Shown here: positions 1 to 8,123 of the stretch, piece after piece
Numbering within the stretch: position 1 is the first letter of the stretch
How the letters are laid out: each line of letters opens with the position of its first letter
Assembly (NCBI RefSeq): GCF_000092105.1
Contig: NC_014148.1
Coordinates: forward strand, 4,290,001-4,322,000
Origin: Planctopirus limnophila DSM 3776
GTDB lineage: Bacteria > Planctomycetota > Planctomycetia > Planctomycetales > Planctomycetaceae
DNA length: 32,000 nt
Reading direction: 5' to 3'
Translations under genes and position numbers: made by a program
The notes under the pieces: model-generated
Database searches by the model: none
What the model saw: only the letters and a program-made list of their open reading frames with translations
What the model was told of the DNA's origin: nothing

Positions 1-3000
1 CTCCCAGCAACTCTCACTCACCGCACCTGTTTCCGAAATCTCAAAGTGATAAGCCGAGACATAATCGCGGTCGATATCGAGCGAAATCCTCACCCGGTCG
101 AGTTCTTCTAAAGGAGCATCATACGTCCGGCCACTCGTCTCGACCGGGTTCGCTCGATGCCCGGGATGTCGATGACATTTCCCCGCCAGATAAAGAAATT
201 CCCGATCGTGAGCGATCATCACAAAATCGCGAGGCTGATCCGCCAGTTCCAGGTTCGATAACCCGGGCTTCTGTAATGACAGATCCTTGGCCACTTGCCA
301 GCAATCATCGGAAAGGAGTCCATCCAGCACGGGCTTATGCGAAACATACTGTGAGGTCGCAATTGTTCCCGGCGATGCTCCCGTCGCCGCCGTGATCCAC
401 ATCTCCATGGCAGCAATCTGATGAATCGGATCTGTCGAGATTGTGGCCGACGCTTCTGCACTCTGGGCCTGCTGGCGAATCAACAGCGAGCGATAAATAC
501 TATCGGCTTCTCCAAAGGATCCTCGATGTCTTTTCAGTGCCGCCAGTGGAAACTGAACCTCACTGGATTGAAACACCCTCCGTTCCTGCAGCTCCAGCAT
601 TGCCAGAAGTTCTGCAGCACGCTTTTGTCGTCCTTTGAGCTGATCGTTCTGATAATCTCCCCGACCCGACTGGATTCGACCTTCTGCCCGAGCCTGCACA
701 ATGGGCGAGCGATCCCGCGAACTATACGAACCATCGTCATTCGCGAGTTCTTCACCATTGGCACCCACCCGGCGAATCGTGGGCCTTGTATCGGCTGTCA
801 CCACACTGGTCAGAGAACCTTCTTTTCGTGAGAGCTGGTACATCATTTCTCCACTCGTCCAGTAAGCGACCAGCCATCGCAATGCTGAAGTCCGTTCTGG
901 CGAAGTGGGGTATCTGCGAATCAATTCGAGTTGAGTCTGCTCGAGCAGGTCGTACTGATCATGCTGTCGATAATCGCGGGCCAGTTGTGCCAGAAATGCG
1001 GCTCCCTGAGCCTGATCAAGACCAGCGAGGATGGGCCCCACCTGTGCCAGCATCTGGCCCGCCACACGGGGATCACCCAGTTGCTGGCCAGTGAACGACT
1101 CGACATTCCGCAGCTTGGCGGCTGCCTTCATGCGCTCAGCCAGAATCTGATCATCGACAGGGAGTAAGCCTCGACGAGCCGCCGTCCCAGGGGATATCGA
1201 CAGCCCCGCGAACAGATCCTGCGAAGCCTGTGCACTGACGGCTGGCAACGAACCAATGCCACCCACAAGCTGAGCCGGGTCAAGTCGCCGATAAGCCTCG
1301 CGCTGCAGGAGACCTTGCCTTTGAATCTCTAACAGCCCATCGGCTCTCGCCGCTGCTGTTTTGACTGAGACACCCGTTCGCGGCAAAAACTCAAACGCTT
1401 CCAGTTGAGCATCACCCACACTGCCATCCGGCAATCGCAGAAGAACCCGCGAGACAGACCACGGTGCGAGCCCGACAACTTCCTGTTGCTCGAACAATCG
1501 CGTGGCGTCAGCCGCCAAAGGAATGGCCCGGCACATCGCTGCAAACAGCAACTGAGCGACCGCATCATCAGCCGCCGGTTGATCCAGCATCACCACGTCG
1601 GGCCGCCAGGTTCGCAGATGACGCACAATCTGTCCCAGCAACATCTCGGGCAGTTTGTTTTCTGTCTTGAGCATCCAGTCACGAAAGAGAGCGTCGCGAT
1701 TGTGCTGCATGCCTGGTGTCGAAAGTGGGAAGGCCCAGCCTTCTTCCAGTGCGTTACCACCGGCCAGCAGCACGCCTGCCCGCCGGAGTTCTTCATTGCT
1801 GGCACTGTGAATCAGCCCCTCTTCATGCTCCAGTTTTGCATCAAGTCCTGCCGAAAGCAGAATCACACTCGATCGATACCCTTGCTCACCACTGGCTTTC
1901 GCCAATGCCCACGAAGAGATGCGTTCTGTGCGAGCGGGCATGATCGTCAGTGCGGCTCGGCGACCACCGCCCCGCAAGGCCTTCCAGGTTTTGCCCGAAT
2001 CGGTCGTCTTGAGAATCAACCCGAGATGTCCGACGGCATAGCCCGTGGCGGCATGTTCCAACTGATCGGCCGTCGTCGGCACAAAACGGACGGCTTCTAA
2101 AGGAGCCGTCTCGCCCGTGCTGATGTTCTCCCAAGCTTGACCTGCATTGGAGGAATGCCAGATCACAGAGCCGGGAGAACCCACAATCCAGACATGCTCA
2201 CCCAGACCATGTACGCCTCGAAAATCCATTAACCTGCGTGCTGCTGGCGGAAACTCACCCTGAGGAAGATCCCAGACAATCCCACCATTCGTGGTTGTCA
2301 ACACGGTGGCACCATCACCCACCAGCCAGCCGCGTTCATCTTTCGTTACGAAAGCTCCGCGGAGTGTTCGCAAGCTGCCACCCGGCATCTTGGAAGGCAA
2401 CAGCTGCTCATCACCCACCAGTGAAATCTTCAGGTCACTCCCCGCAACCAGCCCCATTTCCGGGCTGAACCAGGCGGCTGTTTTCCAGTGGCCCTGCCGT
2501 TGACCAGCTAACCGGTGCCAGGTGGTGCCACCATCGACAGTCCGCATCACACCCGTGGGGACATCATCGTCGGCAGCGACGACCACTGCGGCCTGATCCA
2601 TATCAAAAAATTGCACATGCTGCACAGGCGGAAGCTGACCAGCCCCCAGTTCCTGCCAGGTCATGCCGCCATCTGTGGTCGAGAGCAGAACACCTTGCAG
2701 ATGATGATCGGAAGGTTCACCCACATATCCGCCCACCCAGCCGATCTGGTCTGTCACGAATTGGGCACACTTCAAATGAATCAGCCTGGGTGAACCCGTT
2801 CCCTGGGCATGCGAACTCTGAGCCAATGAACTCTGAGCCAGTGAGAACCGCCACGTGGCTCCGGCATCATTCGAGATCCAGACCACGCCACGATCACCCA
2901 CCGCGAAAATATGTTTTTTGCCTACAGTGCAGACCGCCCTTAACGTCGCATCATCCTGCAGGGGAGTGACTGCTGAAAGTACAGGCTCACTCGCTACGAG

Positions 3001-3132
3001 AGATTTTAACAGTACTGCCGGGCAGAGGCTCATCCCGACCATCGCCACGCAATAGCCCATGACAATGCGGGTCAATGGCCAGCGGAAAATCGAAGGTTGA
3101 TCATGGAATGCAGGCAAACGAACAGACTTCAT
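1..3132 (-). CDS. Large secreted multidomain protein with N-terminal BNR/Ycf48-like beta-propeller repeats (partial; C-terminus runs off the left edge)
   Basis: Absent from the ORF track because it has no stop inside the window. I translated the minus frame by hand, with codons ending at 3132, 3129 ... 3. It starts at ATG (complement of 3130-3132) and reads MKSVRLPAFHDQPSIFRWPLTRIVMGYCVAMVGMSLCPAVLL, which is signal/TM-like. Six SxDxGxTW-type BNR motifs follow: SNDAGATW, STTDGGMTW, RTVDGGTTW, TTTNGGIVW, SSNAGQAW, KTTDSGKTW. Codon-by-codon checks at 2041-2100 and 1141-1200 are open in this frame. Every listed minus ORF in 1-3100 lies in one of the other two frames. The last codons read ...SCWE at position 1. 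Downstream domain guesses (degenerate LmbE-like, CBM9-like VLDGLLSDDCW) rest on a rougher translation. Confidence 0.6.
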   Translation of the reverse strand, partial: MKSVRLPAFHDQPSIFRWPLTRIVMGYCVAMVGMSLCPAVLLKSLVASEPVLSAVTPLQDDATLRAVCTVGKKHIFAVGDRGVVWISNDAGATWRFSLAQSSLAQSSHAQGTGSPRLIHLKCAQFVTDQIGWVGGYVGEPSDHHLQGVLLSTTDGGMTWQELGAGQLPPVQHVQFFDMDQAAVVVAADDDVPTGVMRTVDGGTTWHRLAGQRQGHWKTAAWFSPEMGLVAGSDLKISLVGDEQLLPSKMPGGSLRTLRGAFVTKDERGWLVGDGATVLTTTNGGIVWDLPQGEFPPAARRLMDFRGVHGLGEHVWIVGSPGSVIWHSSNAGQAWENISTGETAPLEAVRFVPTTADQLEHAATGYAVGHLGLILKTTDSGKTWKALRGGGRRAALTIMPARTERISSWALAKASGEQGYRSSVILLSAGLDAKLEHEEGLIHSASNEELRRAGVLLAGGNALEEGWAFPLSTPGMQHNRDALFRDWMLKTENKLPEMLLGQIVRHLRTWRPDVVMLDQPAADDAVAQLLFAAMCRAIPLAADATRLFEQQEVVGLAPWSVSRVLLRLPDGSVGDAQLEAFEFLPRTGVSVKTAAARADGLLEIQRQGLLQREAYRRLDPAQLVGGIGSLPAVSAQASQDLFAGLSISPGTAARRGLLPVDDQILAERMKAAAKLRNVESFTGQQLGDPRVAGQMLAQVGPILAGLDQAQGAAFLAQLARDYRQHDQYDLLEQTQLELIRRYPTSPERTSALRWLVAYWTSGEMMYQLSRKEGSLTSVVTADTRPTIRRVGANGEELANDDGSYSSRDRSPIVQARAEGRIQSGRGDYQNDQLKGRQKRAAELLAMLELQERRVFQSSEVQFPLAALKRHRGSFGEADSIYRSLLIRQQAQSAEASATISTDPIHQIAAMEMWITAATGASPGTIATSQYVSHKPVLDGLLSDDCWQVAKDLSLQKPGLSNLELADQPRDFVMIAHDREFLYLAGKCHRHPGHRANPVETSGRTYDAPLEELDRVRISLDIDRDYVSAYHFEISETGAVSESCWE
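2813..2842. repeat. Perfect-frame 15-bp tandem duplication inside the BNR protein gene
   Basis: gaactctgagccaat (2813-2827) is followed directly by gaactctgagccagt (2828-2842), 14/15 identical. On the minus strand this encodes the duplicated peptide LAQSS-LAQSS. Confidence 0.8.
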
Positions 3133-3216
3133 GTCGGCATGTCCTGTGTCGGCATGCTGGCGAATTCACTTTGCAGAGCACGAATTCAGCCATGCGTACC
3201 TCAAGTCGTGTTCAGT

Positions 3217-3714
3217 TCATAAAGAGGCCCGGCCGGTCTCTTCGCTGGCGGCGAATTCTTCTGTGGCGAAGGGGTCTTCAAAGTCTCCCTTCGCTTTCTT
3301 TTTGGTCGAGGCTGTTTTGGCGGGAGGACGAGCTGCACCATACTCACCCGACATCTGCCCGGGCATGGAAGGATTCATACCACTCGAAACCTGCATACCA
3401 TACTGCATACTTCCCGCACGATTGGCCTGAGCCGAACGCGCATAGGCACCATCAACGGGCGGATAAGCACCCATCGGTGGATAGCCTGGCTGCTTTGATG
3501 CCTGCTGCGAGGCGTTGGCTTTGCGCGAACTTCGAGCGGAAGCTTTGTGCGATTCTCCGCAAGAAAACTCATCAGGGTTCGTGGAACTCAGAAATGGATC
3601 CTGCATGCTTTTCGTCATCGTCGAGCAACCGACCAGCCAGGCAAAAGCGACAGCCAGCATCAGCCATTTGACGCTCCAAACCACAAGCGGATGAGTGTTG
3701 ACCTTGGTGATCAT
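3217..3714 (-). CDS. Small lipoprotein, low-complexity Pro/Gly/Ala/Ser/Met-rich (hypothetical)
   Basis: 165-aa ORF. The N-terminus MITKVNTHPLVVWSVKWLMLAVAFAWLVGC carries a lipobox (LVGC). Its ATG overlaps the stop of the upstream gene as ATGA (3711-3714), which suggests translational coupling. Confidence 0.6.
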   Translation of the reverse strand: MITKVNTHPLVVWSVKWLMLAVAFAWLVGCSTMTKSMQDPFLSSTNPDEFSCGESHKASARSSRKANASQQASKQPGYPPMGAYPPVDGAYARSAQANRAGSMQYGMQVSSGMNPSMPGQMSGEYGAARPPAKTASTKKKAKGDFEDPFATEEFAASEETGRASL

Positions 3715-4976
3715 GGCTGACCTTTCGAAGCAGACGATTCGTTGTTGGTAGCGGAAGGCGGGGCTGAACCCGCGGCTTGTCCAGCGGCTTGAGAACTCTG
3801 GCGATCGCGCAAAGCTCGGTCTCGCAGTACCTCACGGCCGTGATACCTGCGGTTGAACGCATCGGGATCAAAAGCATCCGGACGATGTCGGCGGGGTGCC
3901 TCTTCCTCGGAGGAAACTGAATTCTTTGCAGTATCAGCATCACGACCCGGATGGCTCGGCTGAACCTCATCAGGTGGCGTCTGGCGAACAGGGGGAAGCA
4001 GGCCTCCCTCCTCGATCACGCCCGATTTGACTTGCATCTGCCCGGTCGATTCCATGCTTTCGGCGGACTGCGGGCGATTCAATCCGCCTTGAGCATAAGC
4101 ATTCATTTCACTCAGTTTCGGATTACGTTCGACAGCATATCGGTGCACCCACCGCTCCAGTGTTTCGATCTGCTGCCGGCCTGCAGACCCCTGAAGTGGA
4201 GGCTGATTCATCCCGCCATGCATCTGGCGAGTCATCAGTAGAAGCTGGCTTTGTTCGGGTTCACTCAGATTGATCAGGCTCGCCACAGCCGCCAGATTGC
4301 GCTCGGCGTACAAGCGATGGCTCCCACCGGAAACGCGTGTGGTACTCAGGCGGAACTCGGACTTCGAGGAGTTTCCGTGGCAACTTCCCAAGCCGCACTT
4401 GTTCATCAGAATCGGGTGAACTTTGAGTGAAAACTCGGTCGCGGTCGCGCTTGTTAAGCCACCCAGCGATTCGACATTTCGGGTCTGATAACCCAAAGCG
4501 TCTGTTCTGGGTAAGGCCGGTTGTTGAACCACAGGAGCAGGATCGAGCATTTCTTCAATGCGCATGAGTAACCGGCGCAAGGCAGTCCGTTCGGGATCGA
4601 GCTTCAACGCCAGTCGAACCTCATCGCGGGCTTCTCGATACAAGTTTTGCGAGAGACACCATTCGGCCAGTTGATGATGATCTTCGACCGTCGGAATGCG
4701 CTCGCCTGGCTTTTTCCGCTGGGCTCGTATCTGCTGATAGGCATCTGCCATGGAACTGGCCACGCAGGTCACCTGCTCATCCGGCAGCGAAATTGTGCTG
4801 CCACCTCGCTCGACAGCATAACCACCGGTCACAGGCCGCACCTGTCCCTCGATGACCTTACCCGATTTGAGTACCACAAACCTGGCATCACTGCGCACTT
4901 CTTCCGCCAGTGCACTCGCGAGAAGAGTGACTGTCAGAATCGTCATGCCAAAAGCAGGGTGTTGCCAGAGTTTCAT
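3711..4976 (-). CDS. Secreted TPR-like / planctomycete cytochrome-c-like (PSCyt1-like) domain protein
   Basis: The track ORF is 3711..5102. Met43 (ATG = complement of 4974-4976) gives a clean signal peptide, MKLWQHPAFGMTILTVTLLASALA, so I prefer 4976 as the start, with 5102 as the alternative. KVHPILMNKCGLGSCHG resembles the PSCyt1 'PIL..C..CH' motif but has non-canonical Cys spacing. HHQLAEWCLSQNLYREARDEVRLALKLDP is TPR-like. Confidence 0.6.
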   Translation of the reverse strand: MKLWQHPAFGMTILTVTLLASALAEEVRSDARFVVLKSGKVIEGQVRPVTGGYAVERGGSTISLPDEQVTCVASSMADAYQQIRAQRKKPGERIPTVEDHHQLAEWCLSQNLYREARDEVRLALKLDPERTALRRLLMRIEEMLDPAPVVQQPALPRTDALGYQTRNVESLGGLTSATATEFSLKVHPILMNKCGLGSCHGNSSKSEFRLSTTRVSGGSHRLYAERNLAAVASLINLSEPEQSQLLLMTRQMHGGMNQPPLQGSAGRQQIETLERWVHRYAVERNPKLSEMNAYAQGGLNRPQSAESMESTGQMQVKSGVIEEGGLLPPVRQTPPDEVQPSHPGRDADTAKNSVSSEEEAPRRHRPDAFDPDAFNRRYHGREVLRDRALRDRQSSQAAGQAAGSAPPSATNNESSASKGQP

Positions 4977-5330
4977 AGGAAGGGACAACTGGGCAGGAGA
5001 TGAGAAAAGGATTGCTAACTCAAAAACAAACAACTTCGGACCGATCGCTCTTGGTGAGAGCCATTGGTTCGATTGATTGCCAGTCATTGAGATGTAGGGC
5101 AAGGGATCAGGAAGGGTTCAGAACTGTAGGGAGAGCAAAAGCCGGGGAGTAGAGCCTGTATGCAGGCTCATTTTTGATCGATGAAAGTGAATGGAGGTGA
5201 GATCGAAGGTCGAAAGAAAGGCATGTAATTATTGATCAACGGGTGGGAATAGCAGAAGATGCCCAACCCGACAAGACGAGTTTCGCGGAAGACTGAAGAA
5301 TTCGACAGCTCTCCACGCGAAGTGAACACA

Positions 5331-6737
5331 TTACATATTTGTCTTGGCGTCGCCGGCATCGCCCAGCAGGCTCTGCAAAGCCATCGTAATGGCCTTATCG
5401 TTCGCGTGATCCCGACTGTACACGCGGAATACCGACAGACTCAGTGGCAACTGCCGGAAAAGTTCATCATCCGACAGTTCTGTGATCCCATTCGCCGCTG
5501 GATCAAACAGATGATTTTGACCACCCACTGGGAGCCTGCCACTGGGCCGATGATAATGCCGGGCCACATCGATTCGCATTTCAATCGACTTCTTATCCTC
5601 TGGCAACCGGCCGCGCAAGCGCTGCTCGATGAGGTCAGGTTCCGAGAAGATCGACATCCGCTCGGCACTGCTGGTGTAGTACCCCATGGTGCGCTCTGTC
5701 GCCATCTTCCAATGGACTTCGCGCGAAAGAATCTTCTGCCAGCGCTCGCCCAACTGGCGTGTCGCAGGATCGGTTGATTGCGAGAAGCGATCCACATCGA
5801 CCAGAAATGACGATTCCGTCAACCGGCGGTAGTTTTCCAACTGACCAATCGGGCTCCCCTGGAACAGGTGAGGCATCGTTTCGGGAAACAGATCTTCCAG
5901 TGCCAGATCGATGGCCCGCACAGTGCGATGAAAGTAGACGGTGCGAAAGAGGTTGGCACGGGTTTCGATGAAATTGATCAATGTGGGCAAGCCACGAATA
6001 TGAATCGTTAAGCCCTGAGGAGTAAAGAACGAATAGTGGAGCAACCGGGAGATATCAAACGCCCGCACGTTATAGCCCGTCATGTAGGCATCGCGCAAGA
6101 CGAAATCCATGTTGTCTACAGTATAAATACCGCTGAACATGGCCCGCAGTTTTTTGAGCCAGTCGGGATGGCCTTCGTCATCGGGGGAACCTGGCCTGGG
6201 CCGGCGGATCAGCCACGAAATCTGCCGGGGATCGAGTTCTTCCAGGGGCTTGAGTTCTCCTTTGGGATTCCGCCGGATCCCCCGCAGCAGTTCTCCCAGT
6301 TCCTGCTCGATAATCACGCCTCCCACATCTTCGTGAGTGACACCGAACTGTGCCAGGTAATGATCATCAAAGAAATGGCCGAACGGCCCATGCCCTACGT
6401 CGTGGAGCAGAGCCGCCATGCGCAATAGCGATTCGACATAAGGCCGCGAAGGGACATTGCGGCACGCATCGCACAGTGAATCGTACCAGTAGTCAATGGC
6501 CACAGAGGCCAGATGCATGGCCCCCATCACATGCTGAAACCGCATGTGCTCAGCCGCCGGAAAAACCCACCAGGCCGTCTGTAACTGATGAATATGCCGG
6601 AGCCTCTGCACCCACGGATGATCAATGATATCCTGCTCAGCTGTCTCTCCCGCTGGCAGACCCCCACGCGAAATGAACGGAATATAACCGTGAATCGGAT
6701 CGTGGGAGAGGCTTTCGCTGATGAAGTTTCGCGACAT
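5331..6737 (-). CDS. HD-domain dNTP triphosphohydrolase, SAMHD1/EF1143-like (COG1078-type)
   Basis: 468 aa. Motifs: DPIHGYIPF, WVQRLRHIHQLQ, AEHMRFQHVMG (first His of the HD motif), LLHDVGHGPFGHFFD (the HD motif), VDNMDFVLRDAYMTG and FRTVYFHRTVRA. This is the ordered motif set of SAMHD1-like HD phosphohydrolases. Confidence 0.85.
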   Translation of the reverse strand: MSRNFISESLSHDPIHGYIPFISRGGLPAGETAEQDIIDHPWVQRLRHIHQLQTAWWVFPAAEHMRFQHVMGAMHLASVAIDYWYDSLCDACRNVPSRPYVESLLRMAALLHDVGHGPFGHFFDDHYLAQFGVTHEDVGGVIIEQELGELLRGIRRNPKGELKPLEELDPRQISWLIRRPRPGSPDDEGHPDWLKKLRAMFSGIYTVDNMDFVLRDAYMTGYNVRAFDISRLLHYSFFTPQGLTIHIRGLPTLINFIETRANLFRTVYFHRTVRAIDLALEDLFPETMPHLFQGSPIGQLENYRRLTESSFLVDVDRFSQSTDPATRQLGERWQKILSREVHWKMATERTMGYYTSSAERMSIFSEPDLIEQRLRGRLPEDKKSIEMRIDVARHYHRPSGRLPVGGQNHLFDPAANGITELSDDELFRQLPLSLSVFRVYSRDHANDKAITMALQSLLGDAGDAKTNM

Positions 6738-6825
6738 ATCAACTGGACTTATCTGGAACGAGTTCTACGAAACATGAGAGTTTTTTAGACCAATCACGGG
6801 AGTGGCCTGGCCGACATTTCCACCA

Positions 6826-8043
6826 CTACCAGTCGACCGCCAGCATGAGGCAGTTGAGACCGCTCCCAATCCCGAGAAATGCCACGCGGTCGCCCTTCTT
6901 CAGAAAACCACGCTCTTCCGCCAGTGAAGCGGTCATTGGCAAAGAGACTGTCCCCATGTTCCCGAGAAAGGGAAAGGTCGGGAAGTCTTTTTCCAGCGGA
7001 ATTCCCAGCGATTTCAGAACCTGTTCGCGATGTCCCTTCCCCACCTGATGACAGATGACTTTGTCGATTTCCTGTGGCTTCAGCCCAAATCGGGCCAGCA
7101 TCGAAGCCCACGTTTTGACTCCCAGTTCGACACCATACTTCATGACGGAAATCGAATCGGTCTGCATAAACTGGTGGAAGGCGTGCGAAAGCTTGGCGGG
7201 CAAGATCCCGCTCACTTTCTGTTGCACCAGTTGCGGCATGAGTGACCCCAGCCTCGTTTGTGTCACAGCACTGGGAAGCACCTGCTCGACCTTGTTCACA
7301 GCCGCAGGTAAAAGAGATTCAAAACCCCAGCGGCAGAGTTCGTGATGCTCGGGAGCAGCCAACAAGCTGCCACCCAGCAGTTTGTGCCCACGCGCTCGCG
7401 AGAAGGATCCGTCGGTGAGGATCACAGCGACGGCACCACTCCCACCCGTTAACGTGGCCAGAGAGTGTGTCAGATTCTCCATCGTCGGGTCTTCGAGCAA
7501 CCGCTGGATCGTGAACTCGATGATCTCGCGAGCCGATTCGCAGGAAACAACCATCCCTGCACGAATCTGCCCCAGTTCAATCCGGTTGGCAATATCGATG
7601 ATTCCATTGAGCACACCCAGACAGGCATTGCTGAGATCATAGACCGCCACGTCATCGGTCAGACGAAGGTTCGCTGCCACGCCACAGGCGGTTGCCGGCT
7701 CAAACTGTTCCCGGCAGACACCCGCATAAATCAGCACACCAAGATCGCGCGTCGAAACGTTCGATTGTTCGAGTGCCCTGCGGGCCGCTGCTGTCGCTCC
7801 ACTGGTGAGTTTATAGCCTTCCGGCCACCAGCGGCGTTCGCTAATCCCTGTCCAGGCTTCCAACTGCCCGGGGCTCACTTTGAGCTTCTCGTAAACCGGT
7901 GCCAGGCGTTCTTCCAGCTCAACCGAAGAAACAACTTCGGGCGCCAGTTCGTAACCAATGGTTTCAATAAAGACTTTGGAATAACGCATATCGATGAAAG
8001 GATCCGTTTTCAGGAATCGGAGCCGGTCGTTTCGAATCTCCAC
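6826..8043 (-). CDS. Thiolase-superfamily condensing enzyme, FabH family with OleA-like features (3-oxoacyl-ACP synthase III family)
   Basis: 405-aa ORF, with an alternative start at MRYSKVF (ATG = complement of 7987-7989). It has the FabH/OleA catalytic layout: FEPATA (Glu), DLSNACLG (nucleophile Cys141, codon 7621-7623), ICHQVG (His), GNMGTVS (Asn). The C-terminus KKGDRVAFLGIGSGLNCLMLAVDW closely resembles my recollection of Xanthomonas OleA (KKGDRIALLGIGSGLNCSMAEVVW). Confidence 0.85.
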   Translation of the reverse strand: MEIRNDRLRFLKTDPFIDMRYSKVFIETIGYELAPEVVSSVELEERLAPVYEKLKVSPGQLEAWTGISERRWWPEGYKLTSGATAAARRALEQSNVSTRDLGVLIYAGVCREQFEPATACGVAANLRLTDDVAVYDLSNACLGVLNGIIDIANRIELGQIRAGMVVSCESAREIIEFTIQRLLEDPTMENLTHSLATLTGGSGAVAVILTDGSFSRARGHKLLGGSLLAAPEHHELCRWGFESLLPAAVNKVEQVLPSAVTQTRLGSLMPQLVQQKVSGILPAKLSHAFHQFMQTDSISVMKYGVELGVKTWASMLARFGLKPQEIDKVICHQVGKGHREQVLKSLGIPLEKDFPTFPFLGNMGTVSLPMTASLAEERGFLKKGDRVAFLGIGSGLNCLMLAVDW

Positions 8044-8123
8044 AAGGGAGGATTCAACGCTCGAACCGCGTACAGATTCGCAGGTGTGCCCTCGCCTGAC
8101 AACTCATCGCAGGGACTCGACAA

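Noticed and set aside
1405-2100. 231-aa plus-strand ORF, plus other short ORFs listed in 1-3100.
   Set aside because: The minus frame ending at 3132 is open across the whole region and encodes six BNR motifs. The plus ORF has junk-like composition (R/C/Q/H-rich).
3075-3671. 198-aa plus-strand ORF overlapping the lipoprotein gene.
   Set aside because: The minus-strand ORF has a lipoprotein signal with a lipobox and an ATGA start/stop overlap with the upstream gene. The plus ORF is Arg/Ser/His-rich with no signal or motif.
5151-5168. Hairpin gagcctg-tatg-caggctc downstream of the HD gene, as an intrinsic terminator.
   Set aside because: The stem is only 7 bp, and no T-run follows directly on the minus strand (TACTCCCCGGC comes before TTTTG). 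This is too weak to call.
5259-5777. 172-aa plus-strand ORF overlapping the 3' part of the HD gene.
   Set aside because: It is antisense to a gene with the full SAMHD1-like motif series and has no motifs of its own.
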